From IMG/VR virus record IMGVR_UViG_3300031472_000001, positions 1 to 62,021 of that record: 62,021 bases of DNA. The stretch is one strand, 5' to 3'. The position numbers and the translations under genes were made by a program. The notes beneath the pieces are model-generated. The model did no database searches. It was given only the letters and a program-made list of their open reading frames with translations, and was not told the origin of the DNA. Of this stretch, positions 27,726 to 36,929 are shown piece by piece; positions within the stretch are counted from its first letter, which is position 1, and each line of letters begins with the position of its first letter. The stretch is from a virus. Lineage: Duplodnaviria; Caudoviricetes.

Positions 27726-27755
27726 AGTATACCAGAAATACCTACCCGTTGTCTA
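27726..27755 (-). promoter_or_regulatory. putative late promoter
   Basis: TAGACA-18-TATACT with extended -10 TG. Confidence 0.6.
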
Positions 27756-28014
27756 TACGGCTTCTATGAGACTTGCCAGACATCGTATGCTGTGAATGCG
27801 ATTGTCTGTTCGCCTTCATACCATTCGGACAATTGGTAATATCGGAGCGAGTAAGACGAAAGAAATTGCGATTGCGAACACTAATGCTAAACTCACCATC
27901 CACCATGCCATGCATAAGCGCAGTCATGATGCGTGCGACCTCTGGTGTAATCTCCAGAGGATTGAATGAATCATCATCAGGAACGAGTGCGAGATTCCCA
28001 TGTGTAGTTGGCAT
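27742..28014 (-). CDS. hypothetical protein
   Basis: ORF directly upstream of the putative late promoter; possible late regulator (position only). Confidence 0.5.
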   Translation of the reverse strand: MPTTHGNLALVPDDDSFNPLEITPEVARIMTALMHGMVDGEFSISVRNRNFFRLTRSDITNCPNGMKANRQSHSQHTMSGKSHRSRIDNG

Positions 28015-28118
28015 ATATCCCCCAAGAGACACATTATATCAAAAGATATACTCTATATCATTAGAACGCATAACCTAGATGTTAAATAACATGAGTCAAT
28101 GGTCGTGGCTACGTTCGC

Positions 28119-28340
28119 TCACTCTTGCGAATCATCTACTTGCTTCACGAGCCAGGGAACTTGTATCACAGGCCGCCCATGATGCACCTGTCCATCACAA
28201 CGTGTATAATAGTGCTCATTACACGAACATCGCAGCCAACCGAGAGGGGAGAGAGGTGCTTCATTCGAGATACGCAACTCTGCGCCACAATAACCACAAG
28301 TAAATAGAATATCGTTGCCCTCATAAGTAACAAATCTCAT
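28119..28340 (-). CDS. small Cys-motif protein
   Basis: C..CG...C.C; coupled. Confidence 0.55.
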   Translation of the reverse strand: MRFVTYEGNDILFTCGYCGAELRISNEAPLSPLGWLRCSCNEHYYTRCDGQVHHGRPVIQVPWLVKQVDDSQE

Positions 28341-28537
28341 TCGGTAATCTCGCCTTTATCTATCACTTTGTCCAGACTCACCGTCACCACATCCGATTCA
28401 AGCTGTGGGTTATGCCGCAACAGGTTTCTCACAATGCCCTCTAAGCGTGTGAGATGGGTATAATCGCCGCCAGCCGGATACGGTGTATCGGGATCGGTAA
28501 TCTCGACATTCAGGATAACTTTGTAGCGTTTCCTCAC
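28337..28537 (-). CDS. hypothetical protein
   Basis: RBS GGAGG, GTGA-coupled. Confidence 0.55.
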   Translation of the reverse strand: MRKRYKVILNVEITDPDTPYPAGGDYTHLTRLEGIVRNLLRHNPQLESDVVTVSLDKVIDKGEITE

Positions 28538-28839
28538 TCGTTGACCTCCGATAGAAGACACATTGCCACGTCTTCGATGCCTCCAACGTTGCCATGTGGG
28601 AGCGATGCGTGGCAAGCAGGGCACGCACGCACTTCTCTTTGAGCAGCAAACCAATGGGGAATCTCGCCTACTTTCACGTACTTGTGGTACTCCAACGGCA
28701 AATTATCAAACGAGACACGAGGCGTCCCATCGCTGTTGCTCAAATCGCTCGGCACATCACCATAACTCGTGACATCGTACTGAATAGGTTGCAACAACAA
28801 CTGCAATGGATAGCCGCAGATATGGTGTACTTCCATCAC
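28534..28839 (-). CDS. hypothetical protein
   Basis: H.CG...CP.C; coupled. Confidence 0.55.
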   Translation of the reverse strand: MMEVHHICGYPLQLLLQPIQYDVTSYGDVPSDLSNSDGTPRVSFDNLPLEYHKYVKVGEIPHWFAAQREVRACPACHASLPHGNVGGIEDVAMCLLSEVNE

Positions 28840-29300
28840 TCATTCACCTCAATTCCCAACACCTTCGCTTGCTCTCCAAGCCGTTTGAGCGTGTCCATCT
28901 CGTTCTTTTTCGCGTACCAGTACCGATCTTCCTCACACGCCTCTGCAAACAAGCCGCAATAGTTCTTCACAATGGCGCGTAACTGCTTGTTCTCTTTGTA
29001 CAAGGAAAAAAGTGCATGCACTTTTTTCTCATACGTTTTCTCGTCACGCACATCGGTAAGAAGACTCGCGTACCAGCGATGGTCTTCTTCCAACTCTTTT
29101 TCTAGTTCTGTCCACTTGTCTCGTAAGAACTCGTTCTCAGTGCGGAGTGCAACTATTGTTTCTTGAGCCGATACTAGCAAGCCTCGCATCTGCTCCATAT
29201 CGGTAGAGACCTTTGTGTGATATTCTTGTACCCCTAACAGTTCTCGGCGCAACTGTAACAGATCCGCATAGATGTCTTCCTCAGTCCGTTTCTCGCTCAT
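28836..29300 (-). CDS. coiled-coil hypothetical protein
   Basis: Heptad-rich; internal repeat EED..WYA. Confidence 0.65.
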   Translation of the reverse strand: MSEKRTEEDIYADLLQLRRELLGVQEYHTKVSTDMEQMRGLLVSAQETIVALRTENEFLRDKWTELEKELEEDHRWYASLLTDVRDEKTYEKKVHALFSLYKENKQLRAIVKNYCGLFAEACEEDRYWYAKKNEMDTLKRLGEQAKVLGIEVNE

Positions 29301-29334
29301 TGCTCACGCGCTTTCTCTTGTGTCAACTACACTC

Positions 29335-29700
29335 CTATGGCTTAGGTTTCGCCACGTACTTCTTTCCGTTGCTCCGTTCTGCGGGGTCTGGATTGAGAAC
29401 AAGCACATATCCCTCACTGGCAATCTCTCGCTCCCACTTCTGACGCCACACTTCGCTCGTATCAGCGTCGGCTTGATTGTACCCGTCTACTGCTATTTGC
29501 ACATCTACGGGTATCGCTTCATCAGATGCAAATAACCCATAGTCTCCCCAATCATTACACCATAAAAATACACCTAGTGGTTTGATGCGTGCTCTTATCG
29601 CCTCGCCACGATCTCTCTGCTCATCGTCGCGGTAATCCAGTGTTTCATATTCTTTCAATAAGGCAACGAGTTCTTTGGCCGTCAATTCGTGGTCGCTCAC
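29335..29700 (-). CDS. hypothetical protein
   Basis: GTGA-coupled. Confidence 0.6.
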   Translation of the reverse strand: MSDHELTAKELVALLKEYETLDYRDDEQRDRGEAIRARIKPLGVFLWCNDWGDYGLFASDEAIPVDVQIAVDGYNQADADTSEVWRQKWEREIASEGYVLVLNPDPAERSNGKKYVAKPKP

Positions 29701-29870
29701 TGCTCTTTCTCCTGATACATCCTCACTCTAAAAAGCCGCTGGTAGAGTAACACTATCAGATTATAATGTCTCTGACAAAAGTGCAATCCACCTTTCGGTA
29801 CCGCCAAACCAACAGCCTCCCATGCAGATAGTTTATTGCAAAGGCTACATAACATTCTCTTCTCTTCCAT
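29697..29870 (-). CDS. 57-aa Cys/His protein (not in ORF track)
   Basis: MEEKRMLCSLC...FCQRH; start lies in the repeated RBS block. Confidence 0.55.
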   Translation of the reverse strand: MEEKRMLCSLCNKLSAWEAVGLAVPKGGLHFCQRHYNLIVLLYQRLFRVRMYQEKEQ

Positions 29871-30278
29871 AGCTATCCCTCTTTCTCCTGTGTCTGCTCT
29901 TTCAATACTTTTCGTACTAATGCTCTGCCAGGGGTTGTCAAGCGTATAAGCACAGACGCATCATACTTGACCAGGATAAGGCCGCGCTCTCGCAACGCTT
30001 CAAACGTGCTACCTGTGCCAGAGTCAACTAACTTTGCTTTTTTAAGGTCTCTTTTCAGATACGAATTATCGTCATACATGCCAGAATACTCTATCCATCG
30101 CCACTGGTCAGCGGGGATAGAGCGTTGGTAGAATCGCATCAGGCTTTTCGCGTTACTCTCCTGGATTTGGTCATGTTCGTAGATGATGAGCATATACTGC
30201 TGTTGCCGCTCATTCAAATCAGACCAAGTGACCTTTTTCGTGGGAGCAGGCATAGCTACCCCTCTTTCTCCTGTGTCT
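29868..30278. repeat. 28-bp direct repeats flanking ORF 29873..30253
   Basis: CATAGCTAYCCCTCTTTCTCCTGTGTCT at 29868-29895 and 30251-30278, one mismatch. Confidence 0.85.
29873..30253 (-). CDS. winged-helix-like protein
   Basis: LNERQQ.Y, G.GST..AL..RGLI and LT..GR motifs. Confidence 0.7.
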   Translation of the reverse strand: MPAPTKKVTWSDLNERQQQYMLIIYEHDQIQESNAKSLMRFYQRSIPADQWRWIEYSGMYDDNSYLKRDLKKAKLVDSGTGSTFEALRERGLILVKYDASVLIRLTTPGRALVRKVLKEQTQEKEG

Positions 30279-30655
30279 TATGAAGCATGATCGGGATGCT
30301 GCGTCTTCATATGCCGCTGTAGTTGCACAAATGAGCGATTGCAGCAGGGACACACACCGTTCGCAACACGCTTCTTGTGCCGATGTAGCTCACGTTCAGT
30401 TGCCTTCAACTGGTCTTTCATGCTCAGCAGACGTGTCTCACATTGTGTATGTAAATACTGCTCAACTTTAAGTTGCTTTCGTAGGCGTTCGGCTTCGCCT
30501 TCGGCCCATCCCCACTGATGCCCATTGGGACAATAGTAATAGCCACCCGTTTGCTGTAATCCTTCGAGTAAACGCTGTGGAACGGCATGTGTGATGCCAC
30601 AACTTTTGCAAGTCACTTCTTGTAGTGTGATCTTTTGGGTGTACGTTCTACTCAT
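30278..30655 (-). CDS. zinc-finger/coiled-coil protein
   Basis: C..CG, YCPNGH, C-terminal C2H2 CPCC.RSF..L.RHM...H. Confidence 0.75.
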   Translation of the reverse strand: MSRTYTQKITLQEVTCKSCGITHAVPQRLLEGLQQTGGYYYCPNGHQWGWAEGEAERLRKQLKVEQYLHTQCETRLLSMKDQLKATERELHRHKKRVANGVCPCCNRSFVQLQRHMKTQHPDHAS

Positions 30656-30736
30656 TGCTCTCTCGTTTCTTGTGTCGTTTTGCGCCGTCGCTTCTTCGCC
30701 TGTAATCTCCGGCGCATGGCATCGACGACGAGCCAA

Positions 30737-31561
30737 TTATACTATAACAGGCCAGCGTTCCAATGATTGCACATCATCCCATGTGCGTATACCAGTCCTG
30801 TACAACTGCTCGTGTAGCAATAATTGTTGCACGTTGCCAAATGACCACGTAGTACCGCCGTGTGGTTTCTCGAACTTGTGTTGAGTCATGATATCGGCAA
30901 TCTGCTGATAAGTCTTTCCATCGTCACGAGCTGCGATCATGGTACGGATTGCCTTTTGCGCTTCCAGGTCAATCTCGATGCGTTCAACAATCTGATTATT
31001 GACGGTCTCAACAACTTTACGGAAACCATGAGGTAAGAAACCACTCCCACGCCCATTAAGTAAAGACTTTTGACGACGCCCTCCATAGAGCCGCTTGGCT
31101 ATGGTACGTCTTTCTTCAGCTGCAACCGCCGCGTGAATGTCTCCCATGAACTGGCTTTCTTGTGCTGCAAAGTTGGTATTTTCCTTGACGGTCAACAATT
31201 GCAATCCTGCCTTTGTCGCTGCACTACGAATACTCGACCAGACGCCCGTATCACGAGCATAGCGATCTTGCGCGTATGCCAAGATGATATCAGCTTGCCC
31301 TATGACGCCCATTGTGATAGCCCCTGTGATGCCTGCTCGCTCTGCCATAGGTAATGTGCCTGACAGCCCTTCGTCGCGCTGTACACCAACTATCGTATAA
31401 TTGTGAGCGGCGGCGTACTTCTCACATAACTCTATTTGGGCAGCGAGTCCAAACCCTGATTTTACCTGCTCATCAGTGGAAACGCGGAGGTAGATAACCA
31501 CTCGATGAGCCTGTAGCGCGGTGTCAACAACTTTTTTCTTGCGTACTCTTGTTTGTGCCAT
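30737..31561 (-). CDS. serine recombinase (catalytic plus recombinase domain, 274 aa)
   Basis: YLRVST..Q...GL..Q, D.GLSG....R, DR..R, A..ER..I..R..GR and W....V motifs. Confidence 0.92.
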   Translation of the reverse strand: MAQTRVRKKKVVDTALQAHRVVIYLRVSTDEQVKSGFGLAAQIELCEKYAAAHNYTIVGVQRDEGLSGTLPMAERAGITGAITMGVIGQADIILAYAQDRYARDTGVWSSIRSAATKAGLQLLTVKENTNFAAQESQFMGDIHAAVAAEERRTIAKRLYGGRRQKSLLNGRGSGFLPHGFRKVVETVNNQIVERIEIDLEAQKAIRTMIAARDDGKTYQQIADIMTQHKFEKPHGGTTWSFGNVQQLLLHEQLYRTGIRTWDDVQSLERWPVIV

Positions 31562-31728
31562 GTCTCGATATCCCCACTCTGATAGTTAAGGAGTTTACCT
31601 AAAGTCCTTAACAGTGTATCATAATCGTCAATATGGCAACTCATGTCAATGACTCTCATTGACAAGGAATGACAAGTTGAGTAGAGTAGTCGTAGCACTC
31701 ACACAAGGAAAGGACTAGGTTTATTTCT

Positions 31729-31971
31729 ATGACTGATGAATTAGAAAAACGGTACACATTACAAGAGGTGTGCGAACACTTCAAAATTTCAGAAAGAACC
31801 CTGCATCGCTGGCTCGATTCTGGGAAAATCTCTGGAATGTTCCTTGCTCGACAATGGCGATTTACTTCTGACGCTATACGAGCAGTGGAAAAGGCTGCGA
31901 CACGTACTGAGGGACAAAAAGGTGCGAGAAAGAAGCGAGCATACACCCGACGCGCCGACAAAGCCTCATAG
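31729..31971 (+). CDS. excisionase-like (MerR/HTH_17) DNA-binding protein
   Basis: YTL.EV...F.IS..T..RW...GKI...QWRF; promoter TTGACA-17-TAGAGT upstream. Confidence 0.85.
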   Translation: MTDELEKRYTLQEVCEHFKISERTLHRWLDSGKISGMFLARQWRFTSDAIRAVEKAATRTEGQKGARKKRAYTRRADKAS

Positions 31972-32009
31972 CCAAGAGAGGGCGTCATACAATCGGAGTA
32001 GCACCACCA

Positions 32010-32033
32010 CAAGCGGCTGTCACCAGCCGCTTG
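32010..32033. terminator. hairpin between convergent genes
   Basis: CAAGCGGCTG-TCAC-CAGCCGCTTG. Confidence 0.6.
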
Positions 32034-32077
32034 CCCTTGCTTGTGTAACTTTTATGGTTGTGATTATGCCTGTTCGC

Positions 32078-32623
32078 TCAAGCTCCAAACACCTCATCGT
32101 CATAATGCTTCTCAATAGCGTTCTTGTAGAATAGCACCGTCTCGAAGTTGACAGGCGTAAAGTCGTGACAATCAACCCCTACATTCAATCCGTTCCACTT
32201 GACCATCTGCAATTTGTGAATGTGTCCGAAAAGATGAAACCGCACAGCACTACTAAGACGATGACTCGGCTCATGTACCAGCGTCATGTACTTCTCGTCA
32301 AGAGAAAGACACACTAAGTCGTTGAGCGTCACAGTGTCAAACAACTCTTCAAGACGTACAAGCGTCACCTTGCCGCCATGAAGATCGTCTCGCTCATAGT
32401 TGCCTACCAAGAGACGTATCTTGCCGTGTAGCTGCTTCGCAATCTCGTAGTTGCCAAAGTCTCCGAGGTGATACACGATGTCATCGGGAGCAACGGTAGC
32501 ATTCCATCGCTCAATCATTGCAACATCCATCTCTTGCGTCGTAGCAAAAGGTCTGCGCGAAAGCGTAAGAGTGCGCTCATCACTAAAATGCGTGTCGGAT
32601 GTGAAAAACACCCGCTCGCTCAT
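32078..32623 (-). CDS. calcineurin-like metallophosphoesterase
   Basis: SD.HF, LGD, GN(Y)E, HEP, GH.H and NVGVD motifs. Confidence 0.9.
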   Translation of the reverse strand: MSERVFFTSDTHFSDERTLTLSRRPFATTQEMDVAMIERWNATVAPDDIVYHLGDFGNYEIAKQLHGKIRLLVGNYERDDLHGGKVTLVRLEELFDTVTLNDLVCLSLDEKYMTLVHEPSHRLSSAVRFHLFGHIHKLQMVKWNGLNVGVDCHDFTPVNFETVLFYKNAIEKHYDDEVFGA

Positions 32624-32832
32624 TGTTTTCTCTCTACATTCTGTAATATCGGACTCACACGACGGACAGCCTCTAGGAGTAATTCGCCTTCGTCTTGTGT
32701 TGTGACCTCAACGATGCTGTTGATAAGGTCGCTTCGCTTGATATGATGGCTACTACATATCGCATCAAGCATAGCTACTGTCTTAATGGAACTGCGAAAC
32801 CACATCCACTTTTTGAATATCTGTTCGCTCAC
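32620..32832 (-). CDS. ribbon-helix-helix-like protein
   Basis: LD.IC......RSDLI motif. Confidence 0.5.
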   Translation of the reverse strand: MSEQIFKKWMWFRSSIKTVAMLDAICSSHHIKRSDLINSIVEVTTQDEGELLLEAVRRVSPILQNVERKQ

Positions 32833-33050
32833 TCTGCCTCCTGCTCTTTCAACCAGTACATGTTGGGGTTACGCTTACTTCTTCGCGTGATGGTGCATAC
32901 CTCCCCATACCATGTTTCGCGTCGGATGATACGCACCTTTTGTCCTAAGGAAAAGAGCCTTTTCCCTAGCAGCTCTTGACAACCAAGACACATAGATGAG
33001 TGCGCTTCGGTAGTATTTCCGCACGCACATATTTCCTGTTCGCTCATCAT
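32829..33050 (-). CDS. hypothetical protein
   Basis: Cys motif followed by an SH3-like F..GQKVRI segment. Confidence 0.55.
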   Translation of the reverse strand: MMSEQEICACGNTTEAHSSMCLGCQELLGKRLFSLGQKVRIIRRETWYGEVCTITRRSKRNPNMYWLKEQEAE

Positions 33051-33397
33051 TGTGCCTCCTTGCGTTCGCTCACAGGACGACTCTCCGCCTGTAATCTCGC
33101 GTTTTCCTCTGCCAACTCACTTGTGTAACGCGCCTCAGTCTCAACGCACACGTCACGGCTCGGATACCACAGACACGGCTCAAAGCGTGCGCCGGATGCA
33201 TCGTGTACGAACTTCGAGACACGCACAGCAGACCAGCGTAGCGAAAGCGACACGGCGACTTCTTGCGCCTGCACTTCTCTGCGACATCGCGCCTCTTCTA
33301 TCCACGTCGGCTTGTCGAAGAGCAACGAGCCAGCCCTCCCATGCACGAGAATACTGATGAGAAACGGATACTGCTCATTGAAATCCTCTATAGTCAC
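33047..33397 (-). CDS. hypothetical protein
   Basis: Coupled ORF. Confidence 0.55.
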   Translation of the reverse strand: MTIEDFNEQYPFLISILVHGRAGSLLFDKPTWIEEARCRREVQAQEVAVSLSLRWSAVRVSKFVHDASGARFEPCLWYPSRDVCVETEARYTSELAEENARLQAESRPVSERKEAQ

Positions 33398-33597
33398 GAA
33401 CTCACCTCTTTCTGTAGTGCGTGTCGCGTGCGTTGCAACTGCTCTGTGAAGGACTCGTTGCTATCATATCGTGCATGCAACGCCATGATTGACGTTTCGA
33501 GTCCTTCGTCGGTCTCAGCTTGTTTTAATACCTCTGCTATGCCATCAGCATTGCCAGCATCCAGCGCAACGGCGTACTTGAGCAAGATATCTTCCAT
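33394..33597 (-). CDS. hypothetical protein
   Basis: RBS GAGG; Y..ALD.G....IA.VL..AE.D..L motif. Confidence 0.55.
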   Translation of the reverse strand: MEDILLKYAVALDAGNADGIAEVLKQAETDEGLETSIMALHARYDSNESFTEQLQRTRHALQKEVSS

Positions 33598-33616
33598 ACT
33601 TACCTCTTTCTGGACG

Positions 33617-33934
33617 CTACACGTCCTGTATCTCGACATCGCTCATCTCCATTGTGAGCGAGCCGTACCTATCATCTACAATACAGATCGTTCCATCCTC
33701 GGCTTGATCTGCAAAGCCACATAGCAGTGTACCAGCCGACAGAATACGATTCGGGCGGCCTTCACCAGAGCAGAACTCGCACGTATGCAGCAACTTCACG
33801 GTAATCCGCACGTCGCCAAAATCATTCACGATCTCGAAATGCTCAGGGTACAACTCCATTGGTGATAATTCTTGTGTAACTTTTGACATTATTTCTGACG
33901 CCTTTCCCAGGATTTGGGCTTGCTGTTCGTTCAT
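33617..33934 (-). CDS. hypothetical protein
   Basis: RBS AAAGGAG. Confidence 0.55.
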   Translation of the reverse strand: MNEQQAQILGKASEIMSKVTQELSPMELYPEHFEIVNDFGDVRITVKLLHTCEFCSGEGRPNRILSAGTLLCGFADQAEDGTICIVDDRYGSLTMEMSDVEIQDV

Positions 33935-33965
33935 GTTGACTCTCCTTTCGTGCCGTCGCACTCGA

Positions 33966-34178
33966 CTACGCTTCGAGTTCCCGCATACGCGTCATGTCTG
34001 TAATCATGTAATCTCCTGCGGGTATTGTATGCTGGACAGTAAGCACGCTCGTAGGCATACGCTTTGTATGTCCGTTGCCAATGTTCCACTTCACATCAGC
34101 CCAGCTACCGTCACGAGCGACACGCTGGACAGTGCCTAACACGCCGTTGGATGTTACCCAATCCGCTCTCTTGACCAT
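33966..34178 (-). CDS. small SH3-like hypothetical protein
   Basis: G.V.RVARDGSWADV.W motif. Confidence 0.6.
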   Translation of the reverse strand: MVKRADWVTSNGVLGTVQRVARDGSWADVKWNIGNGHTKRMPTSVLTVQHTIPAGDYMITDMTRMRELEA

Positions 34179-34224
34179 ACCCTCACCTCATGCCCCTGAG
34201 CGTGCAGGGGCGCACACTCGACAA

Positions 34225-35097
34225 CTACGCGACTTTCTTCTCGTACTGTGTGATAATGCCGTTGACCTTTGCCACTTGCTGCACCGTCAACGCACTATCA
34301 GCAATGCTCTCACCAAGAGCATCGCGCACGACATCAGCCCAGATCATGTCAAGCGCAATAACCCGTTGCTTGGCATGAGCAATCATCTCAAGTAACGGCT
34401 TTGACTGCGCTGACGCCGGAGGCACGTTCTTCGTTGGTGTAGGAACAGGTGCTGTAGCGCCAACAGATTGTGCTTTGCGAGCGCGATACTCTACGGTGAG
34501 TGCCTGGATTGCCTGCTGTGCGTCGGCATGGCTCAGAGCGGCAAGGTTCTCAGGTTCGCTCTTGCCGAGTGCCGCGGAGAGCTTGCGGAGAGAGGCTAGT
34601 TGTTGCTCAGAGAGGAGTGGAGCGTCATTTGTAGAGGACGTGTTCCCCTTTGTGTCTGAACGATCTACAGGACTATCGACAATGCGGTGTCCCTCCCGCA
34701 ACTCATCAGCGGTGAATTGGGTGCCATAGCCGAGCATCGCAAGCGCACGGCCTACGGCCCCACTCTCACACTTTTCGATGTAGTCAGGGAATGCAGCGGC
34801 CTTTTCTGATTTTGTGCCGACTGCTATACCGCCTTTGCCGTCCTTAACAATTGCCTTGAAGATAACAAAGCCATTGGCCTCGCTGACCACCTTCTCCATT
34901 TTTCTCTTGTCGTTATTCCAGACCGACTGCTCGTCTTGTGTCAAACGATCTAGGTCAAGCATAACCATCTCGGTTTCGATTGTTCCTTCTGGACACAGTT
35001 CTCGAAACCATACGAGTCGCCACTTCACTTCCAGATAGTCTTTCGCCTTGTCCTTATAGCCAATCTTCATAAGATGCTCACTTGGATTAAATGCCAT
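34225..35097 (-). CDS. Rad52/Sak-like ssDNA annealing protein
   Basis: YL.V..RL.WF, EK(C)E..A.GRAL..LG.G motifs; strong RBS AAAGGAGG. Confidence 0.75.
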   Translation of the reverse strand: MAFNPSEHLMKIGYKDKAKDYLEVKWRLVWFRELCPEGTIETEMVMLDLDRLTQDEQSVWNNDKRKMEKVVSEANGFVIFKAIVKDGKGGIAVGTKSEKAAAFPDYIEKCESGAVGRALAMLGYGTQFTADELREGHRIVDSPVDRSDTKGNTSSTNDAPLLSEQQLASLRKLSAALGKSEPENLAALSHADAQQAIQALTVEYRARKAQSVGATAPVPTPTKNVPPASAQSKPLLEMIAHAKQRVIALDMIWADVVRDALGESIADSALTVQQVAKVNGIITQYEKKVA

Positions 35098-35149
35098 TCT
35101 ACACCTCCTTTGGGGGATTGCTCCCCCACTACGCGACTGAACTACTCAA

Positions 35150-35455
35150 CTAATATCCTAGAATCCCCGTTGTATCACGCTTCAAACGGTCAAACAACTT
35201 GTACGCACTGTTTACCGCAAGTGGTTCTGGCTTCCATCCATCGGTATCATGCAAGTGGTCAACTGTAAGCAGCTCATCAAGCGTGACACCGTGCCAATCC
35301 TCTTGTAGACGTATGTACAATTCGTCAAGCCAATCGGTAAACCATCCAGGCGCACCGTGAAAGTGCTTGACCGCCTCTTCTATGAACTTCATCATTTTTT
35401 TAATATCTATAAACTGCTCTGGCATGTCTTCTCTCTCTCCTAATTCATCTCTCAT
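35150..35455 (-). CDS. hypothetical protein
   Basis: ORF in the leftward operon. Confidence 0.55.
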   Translation of the reverse strand: MRDELGEREDMPEQFIDIKKMMKFIEEAVKHFHGAPGWFTDWLDELYIRLQEDWHGVTLDELLTVDHLHDTDGWKPEPLAVNSAYKLFDRLKRDTTGILGY

Positions 35456-35462
35456 AACTTCA

Positions 35463-36200
35463 TCAGTTCATCCTCCATCTCTGACGATAATCTATTGTTT
35501 GAGTCCACTTGATTGAATTACAAGAACGACAAAGAGGTTGAATATTCTCAATACCGTTACTTCCAGACATTGACAGAGGAATAACGTGATCCATCGTCAA
35601 CTCAATCTCAGGTTCTTTGCGCTCACAGCACAAACATATATATCCGTATCTAGATTTGAGCATCTCCCATTCCTCAGGAGTAGTAATGCCGCCAGCTTTC
35701 GTATGATGCGAACATCGTTTGAGATACTTTCTTCGTTCGTGCAAACGCATATATTCAGGATGATTTTTACGCCAACGGGTACTATTGAGTAGTAATTCTT
35801 TTTTATGAGCATCTCTATAGTTCTTGAGCTTTTCAGCGTTATCCAAACGCCATAATCTTGTTTTGGCGTTGTATTCTACCGAATGCTTTTGTTTAGATTT
35901 TTTTGCCAATTCTTTTACTCGTTCTGGATTGGCTTTTCTCCATGTCCTAGTCTTCTCAACCTGTATACTATTGTACTGCTTGCCTCTCTCGCTAGTGCAT
36001 TTCTTGCAATGATGAGCTAAACCATGCTTACCATTTTTGTTACGATGAAAGCATCCAAAGCACATTGTAGATTTACATTGAGAACACCACTTCCCTTCAC
36101 ATTGGCACCCCTCATTTACATGGTCAAAACTTCCCATATTGAGCATATCCTCCAAATGTGGGAGCCAGTCGCCCGACTCCCCGAAAAAACCTTCACTCAT
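35463..36200 (-). CDS. HNH endonuclease with N-terminal zinc finger
   Basis: C..C...DHVIPLS.SG.N...NIQPLC..CN..K. Confidence 0.9.
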   Translation of the reverse strand: MSEGFFGESGDWLPHLEDMLNMGSFDHVNEGCQCEGKWCSQCKSTMCFGCFHRNKNGKHGLAHHCKKCTSERGKQYNSIQVEKTRTWRKANPERVKELAKKSKQKHSVEYNAKTRLWRLDNAEKLKNYRDAHKKELLLNSTRWRKNHPEYMRLHERRKYLKRCSHHTKAGGITTPEEWEMLKSRYGYICLCCERKEPEIELTMDHVIPLSMSGSNGIENIQPLCRSCNSIKWTQTIDYRQRWRMN

Positions 36201-36739
36201 TATGCATCGCATCCGCAGGACTGATTGACGTTCTGCTTGACGCGATGACCGCACACGTTCGAGAAGCGTACTTCGTAGAAGTTGCCGATCAACTCGTTCG
36301 CCTTCCACTCAGCGAAACGAGCGCGTTGTGCCTCTTCGTCCATGTCGCTCTCGATTGCCGCCGCCTCGTCGGGCATCTCGGAAAGCAGGCACTCTGCCTC
36401 ATCTACAGCAGCTTCAAGGCTGATACCTTCGAGTGCAAGCACCGTACCGTGTGCGTAGGCATCACACACACGCTCTAAGAGAGCGATGCGAGACGCAGCT
36501 ACGATGACGCCTGCTGCAATGACATGCTGGCAATGGTCGCATCCTTTTTGTGTGCCGATGCACTGGCAAGGACCGATTTCCAATGTACGAGGATTGATGT
36601 CGATGAAGTATTTTTTGTTAGAAGTAAGCGATGGCACTACTGCATAGAGGCCAGTGCCATCACGCTCGATGATGATACGCTCAATCAGTTGCTCTATACG
36701 CTCTTGCTTATTCTGTACTTGCTTTGCGGTCTGTGTCAT
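36200..36739 (-). CDS. SWIM-like zinc-finger protein
   Basis: V.S.T...Y, C.C......C.H motifs. Confidence 0.65.
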   Translation of the reverse strand: MTQTAKQVQNKQERIEQLIERIIIERDGTGLYAVVPSLTSNKKYFIDINPRTLEIGPCQCIGTQKGCDHCQHVIAAGVIVAASRIALLERVCDAYAHGTVLALEGISLEAAVDEAECLLSEMPDEAAAIESDMDEEAQRARFAEWKANELIGNFYEVRFSNVCGHRVKQNVNQSCGCDA

Positions 36740-36860
36740 GATATCGTTCCTTTCGATGTCCGTCACGCTCTGTTTTCTAAGGAGAGGCGTTCCGGCTAGT
36801 CGCTCAACCTCCCACATCGGGAGGTTTCTTTGTGAGTCCGTATCTCGTCCTCATGGTATT

Positions 36861-36889
36861 ATTATACACGGGTGTGCATATTTTGTCAA
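36861..36889 (-). promoter_or_regulatory. consensus leftward early promoter with operator in the spacer
   Basis: TTGACA-17-TATAAT; the spacer contains TATGCACACCCGTG. Confidence 0.9.
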
Positions 36890-36929
36890 GTGTTTTAGCT
36901 ATCAATTTTATGCACACCCGTGAAATTCG

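Noticed and set aside
30697-33098. 13-bp direct repeat CGCCTGTAATCTC flanking the recombinase region as a possible att core
   Set aside because: Dozens of 13-mer repeats are expected by chance in 62 kb, and the copy at 33086 lies inside a coding sequence.
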